Origin: Amoebophrya sp. A120
Taxonomy: Eukaryota > Protista > Dinoflagellata
Length of the DNA: 64,000 nt
Assembly (NCBI GenBank): GCA_905178155.1
Contig: CAJINV010000005.1
Span: 7,122,989 to 7,186,988 of the forward strand
Reading direction: 5' to 3'
Notes under the pieces: model-generated
Database searches by the model: none
What the model saw: only the letters and a program-made list of their open reading frames with translations
Told to the model about the DNA's origin: nothing
Program-made: the position numbers and the translations under genes
In this document: positions 12,901 to 24,900 of the stretch, in pieces
Layout of the letters: the number at the start of each line of letters is the position of its first letter
How positions within the stretch are numbered: position 1 is the first letter of the stretch

Positions 12901-15900
12901 GAACGGCAACGGAAGCGCTGGCGAAGATACAGCTTCTGCATGACAAATTCCTAGAGGACTGTAGTGCTGTTTTGGACGATTCTAAAATCTGTCATGCAAG
13001 CAGTGTCAACAGGCAAAAGGTGGTTTGGGAATTTTGCATGACAAATGAGGGGAAGGGGGAGTTGTGCACTCTCATAACTGGAGGGCACCGGACTGACAGG
13101 GGCGTCGGAATCGGATAAAGCGGCTATTTATCAAATGTAAAAATGTCTGGGTCTTTAAGAATGCAACTTGTCATGCTAAATCTGCAGCATGCAAAAATCT
13201 GTGTTGCATGACTACCAAAAGTCGTCCAGTTTTCCCCAAGTCGGGAGGTAGTTTCTCATGCAGGATAGGCATTAGAAAGGTCTCGCAGAATCTGTCATGC
13301 TAGGTCCTGCATTCCAGACCTCACGGGTCATGGAAAAGCAGCATGAAAAAGCGCGCACTCTTCCAGACCCAGACACTTTTACATTTGATATGGCGCGGAG
13401 TTGCACGATTGACGGGGAGTGGATTCTTGAGGATGACAAAGTTGACATGGCCGCTCAACCTGCTGATCCTGATCCATTAACTCGAACCGAGATCCGCAAT
13501 GGTACTACTACGCCAGCCAAGATTACCGTCTGCCACACCAGAACTGACTTTGCGAATCAGATAGCCAAAATCGCGATATATCAGGAAAACAACAGCAAAG
13601 CGGTGCTGGACTTGAAGGCGCAGACAAAGATTGTCGAGCAGAAGCTAGCCGCTGTCGAAAAGGAAGACCCAGAGTTATACAGAAAGTGGCAGACGAAACG
13701 GGCACGAAGGAAAGCGGAGATTTGCAAATTGCTTGGGATAGGAGAAGGTTTTTTGGAGGAGCAGGTACAACAACCATCTGAGAAATTCTTGGCGGGGAGG
13801 TCACTTTGCGGACGAGAGCGAACAAGCTGCACTTCGTCAAAGCGCGACTGTATAGAAGTTTATTCGGGGAAAATGATTCTCCCCGGATTTGCCTTGTCCT
13901 CTTACTTCTCACGTGCTGCGGCGGCATATCAAATGCAAAAGTGTCTTGGTCTGGAAGGTTGGAACTTGTCACGCTAAATCTCGATCACGCAAAAATCTGT
14001 GTTGCATGATTACCAAATGCTGTCCATTTTTGACCCAACCGAGAGGCAGTTTCTCATGCAGGATAGGCATGACAGAACTCTCACTGAGTCTGTCATGCTG
14101 TGTTCTACATACCAGACCTCATGGGTCATGGAAAACCTGCATGACAGGTCTGGCATTCTTCCAGACCCAGACATTTTTGCATTTGATACGGCAAGGGCTC
14201 GTGCGAAGTTCTTGAAATTTCGGCAAGGACAGGTTTTGAGCCTAGGGGCCGCAAAGAGGACTACGTCCGCGGCGCAGGCCGCATTGCGGGCCAAGAACAA
14301 ACACGGATGGAAGGCGAAGGGCAAGCGAGATGAGCAGCATGGTGAAAGTGTTTCTGATGGAAACATGGCAGCTCGTATGAAGCAGCAGCCTGCTCCTGCG
14401 CTGAGTCAAGAAAGCTCGAAAAGGAACAAGCTTTCGCTCTCAGCTCGCGCACGTTCTTGTTTCTCTCGACGTCGGCCTCAACACTGCAAAATACATGGCT
14501 CTTTCACAACAACAAGCAAACGTTCGGTTTTCAAGCAGTTTGCGCAAATCAAGCCCGCTTGGAAGAACCGACAGCCCAGGCAGCACAACTACGAAGTAGA
14601 ACCCCAGGAGGCGAGCCATTTGCAAAGTGCTGATGCTGATGCTCTCGACAAAGGTTGTATTTATCAGGCTTTCAACCCGTGTTTGCAAAAATATCTGTCT
14701 TTGAACCCCGCCCAGCTACGGCGGCTGCTGAGAAGAAAGCAGTACCGGAAGATAATTGTTTACCGCGGGCGGGGGAGGGGCTCTACTGCAGGGAATAAAG
14801 TGTCTGTGTCTTCCGACACGAGAGCTGCTGCAGGGGTGACGAATGCAGCCGCAGAGGAAGCACCAGACGCTGAGAAACTACCGGCTAGTATCCCCATCCC
14901 GACTCTTCAACAGGCCTATTTATCCTACCTGGCAGATCTCGTCGAAAATGGAAAACGGGACGAAGCCGTCAAGGGTGAAAATTTAGGCGTCGCCATTTTG
15001 GCTTACGAAGAGTTCACGACCTTGCAGGACGGAGGGGAAGAGCAGAACGCCTTTATTGGGCGGCAAGGACAAGGTATCTCTAACACGACAGCAGGACGAG
15101 AAGATCTTCTTGATGCTTCTGACGATGTTGTTGAGCAAAGGACTGAGAATGCTTGCAGCAGCAGGAAAACTGACCGCGACTTTCGTTTCCCCCAAGCGCA
15201 AGCGGAGCAGGGGCAGGCCACCTCGTCCTCTCCCTGTTTTGTGTCCCTCGCAGAGAAAAGGTTATTCCTCGACCACGTGGCCGCCATGCTTTATAAAATC
15301 AAGGACAAAAAACAGAAAGAAACCATCGCAAGCTTGACTGACGAAAATTCGCTGAAACGCCACCCGACCAAGAAATGGAACATGCTGGCACTGTGGCGAA
15401 AAAATATCGTGAAGAAAGTCCAGAAGGATTGGGAAGAGAAGGTTTTGCAAGCAAAATCGATTCAGGAGAAGCGGAGAGAGGAAGCGAAACCGCTCGTCCC
15501 GCTTGGAGAGTGGGAAGAGGTTGTTGATGTTCATCACGCGGCACCAGTTGCAGCTGCGACGTCTCCTGTTGAAACTTCTTCTGTAAAACGACACGGAGAT
15601 GCTGACTCTACTGGACGAGAACTTAGGACACCGATAGGCCACAAAAGAAATCTCCTCTTCCGTTACTTTCACTTTTTCCGCCAACAGGTTGGAAGAGAAA
15701 CCGAATCTTGGCCTCCCGGCCCGGCGTTATGGCTGAAGCGAAATGGGTATGTCGGGAAGAACATTCTCACGCGCCAGGTGAACTACATGAAGACAGCGGG
15801 AAGTAGGAGGCGTGGGGAAGCGATGAACTATGCGAAAAGAAAAGACAAGCGGCATCTACTTGATCTTCAACCTACATTCTACAAATCCGGCATTTTGGAT

Positions 15901-18900
15901 TTTTACGCGCGGTGGCACATCTATGATTTGAAACTCCAGAGGGGCAAAATCACGTTTGACCAAGTTTTCTGGTACGATTGCGACTTGGATAAAGACGCAT
16001 ATGACAGAGGCTTACCCCCCCGCTTGAAAAACACGTTGGGTGCGATTGATGACCGCGTGAGGAGGGAGGCTGCGGAAGATGGAGGAGCTCCTGAAGCAGG
16101 CGAAGGGACATCAACGGTGGGGCACCACCACATGGCTGATGTACTATCGAAAAAAGACAAGCACGCTTACCCCGCCGGAGGGCTTACCCACGTCTACGAA
16201 GCGCTGGCGCAAGCACGGCAGATTGGGGCTTTGGATCATCCGGTAAGCGTGAGCGTAGCCGGCGCTTTGGAAATAAGAGCAGAGGAAAATACGGAAGTTG
16301 TAGCAGGAGCTGTAGCTGCTGCACACACGACACAGTTGCAACATTCTACCGTCACAGCAGCTCCTGCAGCTGTTGGGGAAAGCCAAAAGGTGAAAGGCTC
16401 CAAGAACATTATGACTCACCAAGTCGCAGCTATCAGGGCGGAATACGAGAAGCGCTTGGAAGATTTGTTGGAGCAGACCGGAGGAGAAAATTTCCAATTT
16501 CTTGCTTTCGAAAGCCAGAAAGAGGCTGTGGACGAAGTTGATGCTGTATCAGTACCCCCTCCAGAACCGTTCTCGTACGAACTGGAAGTGAACGAAATTT
16601 GTGATTCTGAACGACAAGTGAAAGACACTTCTGAGAGCGCACCGCTGCGAATAGTAAAGCCATCACCAGATAATTTGGAACAAGATCAAGTTCAACACGC
16701 CGGCCAACAAAATAATGCAGAAGAGGACATTGAGGACGATCATGCAGTCATCCACAAGATCGAAGTCGAAGTCCTTGGCGAGGCCAAGACACAGGAAGCA
16801 GAGGAGCATGGCGTGCCTGTTCTTTCGTCGGATGAAAATTTGGATGAAACAAGAACTGAAGAACTTTCATGTGCCTCCAGAATGTTGTTGACAGGGGGTG
16901 GTCCTGTCGCAACTGTTGTTGAGAAACAAGATGAGCAGGAACCCATTTTGGTTGAAGGCGACGATGAGGACCGGGTGAGCTGCTGCGCTCCCTCATCTAT
17001 TGCTTCTAGCAGCGGGAACAACCAGGGTCTTCTTGGAGATGATGCTGTCGACGAGGTGGTGGACGAAGAGAGCTACTTTGATCCATTGCCACCAGAGCCA
17101 TTCCCCTACGAGCTGGGAGTGGATGAAGTTAAAAACCCACGACTGCAGCCTGTCGATTTCGACTTCCCTTCGTCCCCTGAATTCCTTGACTTGCGGAAAC
17201 AGGCTTTGCAACCGGTCCTCCATATTCCCTGAAAATCAACCATCCCCATCCACTTTTTGCATGACAAACACAGACTGTACTACATGTTTTGCATGACAAA
17301 TTGGATGGGGATGGTTAATTTTCAGGGAATACTCCAACAAGCGATCGACCAAGCGCTGTTTCTGAAAGCTATCACAAGCTTTGCTGGAAGAACTTACTCT
17401 ACTTCACCAGCTATTTTGGCAGCGTCATCCTCGGGCGCTTATTCTCTCTTCGGTCCGTACCGGGAGTTTAGACAATCCCTTCAATACGATCGCGAACTCG
17501 CCATGCACCGCTTTGTCGAGCTACAGGAGAGGGCGAAGGCGAGGCAGTTTTTAGCCCAGTTTGTGGTGCGCAGTGCTCCTGTGCAGCCTTCTAGGAAGAG
17601 GAAGAGCCAGAAGAAGGGAACGATCAAGATGTTGGAGAACGGAACTGCTGCGGAGGGGGGCATTGCACCAATTTCGAAGAAGCGACTGAAGGCCTTGCTG
17701 GCGCTGCAGGATGAAGTCGTTGACGAGGAAGCTAAAAAATCTGCACGGGCCCACCTCCAAGAGGCGGAGGTTGCAACAAACATTTTTAAAGCTGCGCCAT
17801 CTGGTGCAGCCACGAAGATGAAAATTAAGGAGAAGAAGGACCACGATGATGATGATGACGACGTAGATCATCATGAGCCCATCTTAGACGACGAGCTAGA
17901 CGACGCTCTTGTGAACCACGAGGCGACTCAGCGAGTTCTTTTAGAACAAGACGACGATGAAAGTGTACTAGTCCTTGATGTTGCGCAGCAAGAGGAAGTT
18001 CAAGTTGTGACTTCGGCGCCCTTCCCCTTGGAGTTGGAACATGGGAACAATAACAAATCTGAAGCGAACGAACCCGAAACGGAAACCCTTGCAGGAGTCG
18101 TTGCAGCAGGTGCAGTTGCTGCTCATGCTGAAGATCCTGATGATCATGTATCTGATTCTGAACAAAAGGCTGAACACGAGAACTGTGATTTTTCTGACAC
18201 CGCGTCGTCTTCAACTGCTCTCCAAGAAGAGGCAGCACTACTTCGCGCCACAAAATTCCAGAAGCAGATGCAAGCCCGTCTTGAAACTTCCGACCTCCTC
18301 CCGGAAGTGGTGGTGTCGGATGCTTTTGCGAATGTCACATTCGAGCAGGAGGAGCCCGAGGAGCTTGAAGACCTCGTCCTACAGGTTGTACCGGGTGACG
18401 AGGAGAACAAGAAAGGCACTGCAGACGAGGTTCTTGGTGAAGATCAGGTGCCTCTTGTCGCTTCTAACGGCGATAATGGAGTAGAAAAATCGCCTGAAGA
18501 ACAGCCAAACGAGATGCAGCAGCACGACGAAGCCTCTCAGTTGGAAGTCGCCTGTCAAGCTGCAGAGATGGAGGATGTCGCTGAATTTGGTCCTTTCCAG
18601 AGAGAGTGGATGGCAAAGCAATTGTTTAACCCGGCCATGTAGCAACTGCAAATTACATGTCTGGGTCTGCAAAATAAACTAAAAGCGCAGAAGCAGCTTG
18701 TATTGCATGCCCGTAGAATCTTCTGTCTCTGTGGTGCATGACCAGCAAAGCCGCGTCCGCAGCCTCTTCTCTTTATGCAAAATAGACACAATTTCTTTCC
18801 TTTTTCATCGGTACAAGAACGCTGCAAACGCGGAGAGTATCGCAAAAACTTGTCACGCATGGTTGCAGCGTATACGTAATTCAAACTCAACCATCCGCAA

Positions 18901-21900
18901 GTCAGCATGAGCATCACAGGCTTCCAGACCCAGACATATTTGTTCTAAAGCATACCATGCCTGCAAACAAGTTACAGGATTGCTTAACCATGGTGCGTAT
19001 CAAAGGCAAAAATGTCTGGGTCTGGAAGATTGCGAGATTTGTCATGCTAGTCTAGCATGACTCTGCACTCTGTATTGCGTGGCCACCAAGAGGTTCTCTT
19101 GCCTGTCATGCAAAGGCGCAGTTTCTCATGCGAAATACGCAGCACAGAAACACGAGCAAACTTGTCATGCTTGTTGGCGGTGCATTACAGAGCACTTTAT
19201 TGTTCACGGACTTGCATCACAAGTTTCCAGACCCAGACACTTTTGCAGTTGATAGTGCGGCAGTTCCGTTTGCACGAGGTGCTTCCGATTGTGGAGCAGT
19301 ACGACAGGATTACAATAACCGGTTGCATCGGCACCTATTTGAACGGAATTTACGAAAAGTACAAAGAGGACCGAGATGTGAAAGGCGTATTTTTCAAAAA
19401 GCTTCTTGACGTGAAACATTTCGAGTACCTTGAAGACCAGTTTGATCGCGTGAATTTAGAATTCATCGAAGCGACGGGGCAGGGGTATGAATTGGCGAAA
19501 CAGAAGCGGGAAAAGGGGAAGAGAAAGTTGGAAATGCGGAAAAAGAGAAAATTCGAGTTGAATATGCCCTGCATATATGTCTGGGTCTGGAAGGTTGCAA
19601 CTTGTGATGCGTATTATGGAACAGGCTAACATTTGTGTTGCATGAACGCCAAAAGCCGCCCATTTCTTGCTACGCAAATAGGGGATTTCGCATGCAGGAT
19701 AGGTATCGGAAGGCCTGCTCAAAATCCAAAATCTGTAATGCTTTTGCGTGCATTAGCATTACAGACCATTTGCATAATCCAAGAGATGCATGACAAACAA
19801 GGGCATTCTTCCAAACCCAGACATATTTGCATTTGATATTGCAGGAGGAGCAACCGTGGAGAAATGAGGAAGAGATCGAAGCGCAGCTGGCTATATGCAT
19901 TGCAAAAGTGTTCGTACTCGTATAAATGCATTACAAATTTCCTCAGCATAAGTAGAAATGAAATTTGTAATGCGGATTCAGCTTAAGAAAAAAATTTGTA
20001 TATGAATGACTGCAAGAATACGAGTGCGATACTTTTGCACAGAATAGGCTAGGGAAGAAGAAGAATTGTACGGCCATGGGGACGATTCTGAGGACGATGA
20101 CTTTGACTATCTGCTTGACGCCGACTTTGACTTATTTGGCGACAATGAAGACATTCTTGACGAGGTGGACGGAGATTTGGATGATGATGCTGCGGGAGAT
20201 GGTGCCAGCCCTGATCCTGCTACCAACGAACGACCAGGAAAAAGAAGGTCTTCAGCCGATGAGTTACAGGCACACGAAAAGCAGTCAATTGAGGACGACG
20301 ATACTAAGCCAGAACGAGGACGGTCTCCACCTGGGACGAAGAAGGGCAAGAAGAAGAAAAAACGCACGACGAAGGCTGCTGCAGCCAGTGCGAGTAGTTG
20401 TCAAAAAAGAAATGCAGTGGCGAGGACCGCCGCGGCCATAATTGATGGCAGTGGTGGAGAAGGCTCAGAGGCAGACGGAAGCGGCAAGAGGAACAATCCC
20501 CTGGACGGTCGCGGGCAAAGAGAAAACCAAGGCTCCTCCACAGCCTCGTCCAGTGTTTTTATCGCTAGCACAACAAGCTCTGACAGTGACGAGGACGAAG
20601 TTGAAAGCGATGGATCATCAGAAGCTGCATCGTCGTCCTGTAGCTCCGGCGGAAGCAGCACCACCTGCAGCGAAGATGAGGAGAGCGACAGCGAGTGCAG
20701 TGATATAGCATCAACCTCTTCGAGCAGGAGCAGCGAAGAGGAACAATACGAGAAGGAGAAAAATCCGCTATCTCGTCTCTCGAAAAGAACAAAAGTCACA
20801 CCTGAGTTAAAACACCGCATCGCCAACTGCGTCAGCCTTCTGCAGGATAAAGAAGGGACTTCCGACTATGTAAAGAATCTCATCCAGGAGAAAACGAAAC
20901 AAAATCTCAAAGAACTAGCTTTATGCATTGCAAAAGCATCGTTATCGTACGTAGTAGAAATCCCATTACAAATTTGTTCAGAGGTAGGACCAAAGGCAAT
21001 GGAATTTGTCGTGCTAGACCGGGTAGAAGACAACAAGATCTGTCATGCATGATTCTAATTACTACGGACACGATCATACTTTTGCACCGCATAAGGTTTC
21101 GACGCGAACAAAACCTTCTCGGACGAGAACTTACTGGACAGCGCGGATTTGAAACTCTTACTGAAAACCCCCGAGCAACTCGATCGGGAGCGGAAGGAGA
21201 AGGAAAGACGCAGGGAGAGAAGGCGGGAACGGCGGGAACGCAGAAGGCAGCGGAAGATCGAGCGGGCGCGAAGAAGGGAAGAAAGAAGGAATCGACCAAG
21301 ACTGCTCGAGGAAAGGAGGCAGAAGTTGGCGCTTCGGGCCAAGAACCTACCGGTGGAAATTTATTCCGACGATCACTTCTCGAAAGAGGAACGGAAAAAG
21401 CAGCGGGCAGAGGCAAGGACTGTGAGAGAAAATCGGGAAAAACACTACATTGTGGATATCCTGGGTGAATTTAGTATAGAACTACGACTACTTGGTCCTC
21501 GCGACCGGCACCCCATATTCAGATAAATGCAGATTACGCCGGTGCTAGAAGACTAAAAAATCTAGAAGTTGTTGTAGTGCGAACTCCACCGCATAAGAAA
21601 TCGAAATGTTTTGAAAACGTTGGGTAGTCGTGTCTGGCTATGCAAATTGGCCACATTAAGCATCGGCAAGTTGACGACGCCAAACTTCAAAAACGCGATA
21701 TAGATAGGTTGTACGTGGCTCGATTGGGCACCAAACTGCATGGTGGACTTGGCAAAACTACCCCATGGAGTGGGTACTTGTCGTGCTCTCGGATCAGGCG
21801 CCCAGCAAATTGCAGCGTTCAATTCGTCGGCGCTGACAGTCGCAACTTCCCGCCGGCGCTATCACTCACTTCTCCGGCGTATGATTTGGATGAGACGCCT

Positions 21901-24900
21901 CCTCGTAGAAGTTTGCATCCAAATTTAAAAGTTTAAAAATCCGCGAAAATTCAAAATTTTATTTTTATTGCCGAAGAAATTTAATGCTGAAGCTTTCAAG
22001 TCGTAATCTTACCCTCGTAATAGAGGTGGATCCACCTCTGCAGTCGACGAAACAGCAACTAGGTGTGTTTCGCGGCTTAGGTTCTTAAGGCTCAGGCTAC
22101 CAGCACTCTTTCTGCGGTGCCTTGCGAACTTGTCACGATCGACAAGCTTTCTGATCAAATAAAAATAAAATTTTAAAAATTCGCGGATTTGCGACGTGCA
22201 TAAAAATAAAATTTTGGAATTTCGCGGTTTTCGCGAGGATTGATAACATCTCCGCAGTGAGTCAGCATGTTGCTGCTTTGCATACACCAATAACACAATG
22301 AGTTCACAGTTTCGTGGATATCGCGGAGAATAAAAATAAAATTTTAAATTTTCGCGGATTTAATGTCGTTTCTCAAGCGGCCGCCCTGCCTTGCGGCCTA
22401 ACGTTAGCCACGGCGGCACGGCGGGCCTAGAAGAAGGCTATATCTGGTGCTACACATGGTTGCTCCACTAAACCAATGCTGAGCACCTTTGTGCTCCTCA
22501 GGATTGTAGGTTGGGGCACCAGGTGGCTCTGCGCGTGCGGATAAACGTCGCGTTGGGAACGTGCAATGCTGGAAATATGGATAAGAAGTCTATTGGGGTG
22601 AGTTTGAGTATGAGGGATCATGTAGTAGTATTTCCTGAGGATATTGGAAGACCGGCGGAAACAGACGGAGATCATGCACGAGAAAAAGTTGATTCCGAAA
22701 GAGGTGCAGTTTTTCCAGCGGTTTATGCAATACAAATTCCCCGTACATGTTTGAAATGCATCACAAATTTTACCAATTTGGAGTGTGGTACTTGTCATGC
22801 TGCACTAGGATCGGAGCCACCTTCTGTCATGCAGAAACCGCATCCGTGCTTATGTGTATGGGAAATTTACTGTGCATATGGTACCAACAGAGGCTGCAGG
22901 AAGTCCAGAACCGATCCCTCGGGCTAAAATGCGACCAAAGGCGGAGGGATTTGGAAATGAAGGCGAAGGCGATCAAACTCGGGATGAAACCGCCGAATCT
23001 GGTGCGCGAAAATAAGGCCGCGAGGAAGAACCAATATCAGTACCCGCACATCGCCTTCATGTACATTGAACCGTTGAACGCAATCTTCCTGTACAACCCC
23101 CGCGAGGGTGGGGACAAGAGCTTGCAACTGCTCTGTTGGCGCGATGCAAGTGCGATTGATTCCCAAGCGACGCCCAAGAAGTCCGGCGTCGCCACCGGGA
23201 CCTTGGCGGGGGAGAAGAAGCAAGACGCGCGTGGCGACGCGGAGATTGACAAAGACGCGCGGCGTGCGTTCCACATGACAAAGAAAGAAGAAGAGGAAAC
23301 ACAGGAAATGGAGCGAAAAAGAAAACTCGAAGAGGTGGACCAGGCGGCGGGCCGCGGCGGCGGGGGTAATAAAAGTGACAGTGGTCGTAGTGATGAAGAA
23401 AATCAAGATATTTTTACCGATCGCCGGAATAAACGAAAGAAAGACCACGTTGGTGCTCGAGGACCGAAAGGTACCGTCGCCAAAGCTGTTGTTGCTGTTG
23501 CCGCTGTGCCCAAGCCGGATCCGGACGAAGGACAAGATGCAGAAGATGACGCTGCGACGCATCCGGTCTCGCCCACATCTGGAAACCCGTCTTTGCTGCC
23601 CGAACCGTTGGAAAAAGCTCGGGATGAAGAATATGGCATTCTCAGCTGTTACATCCTCAGCTGTAACACGGATTTGTCATGCAAAACTGCCATCAGCCTC
23701 CACTTGATCAAGGTGCTTAGCATGACAAATTTTTGAAGGGCGAAACAGCATGATCATCTGTGGAAAATCTGTATGTAATGCGAAAGCTGCAATTTTGCCA
23801 CTTTCACTGTTGCTGTTCTTGCATTACAAATCCATGTAACGGTTGAGAATGTAACAGTTGAGAACGCCATAAAGAAGTGGATCCGAGTAGAATGTTGCAA
23901 GAGGCTCTGAAGAAAAGGGATAAAGTTAATAAAGAGCAAAAGGATGCTGGGGATGCAGCTCCAGCTCCAGAAGATGATGACGATGATCTTCCGAGCAGCG
24001 CCGACGGGGAGGACAAAACACAACTGGAAGATTCCGAATCTTTATGACAGTTCACAACTCCCCCTCCCCCTCATTTGTATGGCATGAACAGCAATAGCAA
24101 TACAAACGCCAGCACTCCTGGGGCCTGTGGATGACAAGTTCACCGGCCAAAGGTGGTACTGTTGGGCCTTTAGAAATTTGTCATGCAAACAGTGCCACCG
24201 GGCAACAAACGAATTTGCGGTTTTGCATGACAAATGAGGGGGGCAAGGGGGAGTTGTGCACTCTCATAACCTTCCGAATACGAGGACGAAAACGGCTTGA
24301 CAGCCGCAGAAGCCGACTATGAGAAACGCCTAGCTATGTGGGACGAAGCCGTGCACAAGTACGACCGGAGCCATCACCTAGCCAACCCCAACGACAGTAA
24401 TCGCAAATACACGGGTATCGCAAGAGAAAACTGTTTCACTGTGAACTTGTGATGCAGAAAATGGAACACAGAACTACTTGTCTTGCTACGCCTGCAATAC
24501 ATTGAATTTTATTCAAGCGTGTTTTGTTTTCCCGTTGGAAGCGCGCATGACAAATTTTCAGTGTCATGTGTAAACAAACTTGTGATGCAGATCTTGCAAA
24601 GTCATGACAGTGAAACACTTTTTTCATGGGACAACGGGTCGTGCGGACCGCGCGCGGGCGATCCAGGACAGCTATGTGTGCGACTACTGCTTCCAGGGCA
24701 CGGATTTCGTCACGCAGAGGGGGGTATGAACTGCAAAAGTATCGTACTCGCATAAATGCATTACAAATTTTGCCTCAGCATGAGAAATGAAATCTGTAAT
24801 GGGGATGTACCTTATAGAAAAAAATTTGTATTTCATGACTGCCATATTACGATTACGATACTTTTGCACAGGATAGGGGGGCTGGTTCGAAATCATGGCG

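Noticed and set aside
16558-17130. Duplicated peptide PPEPFSYELEV / PPEPFPYELGV
   Set aside because: Real but short internal repeat in a disordered region; no function can be supported
17257-21526. Gene ends at TAG 18640-18642 and TAA 21524-21526
   Set aside because: Both stops lie within TSD-flanked elements whose removal continues the frame
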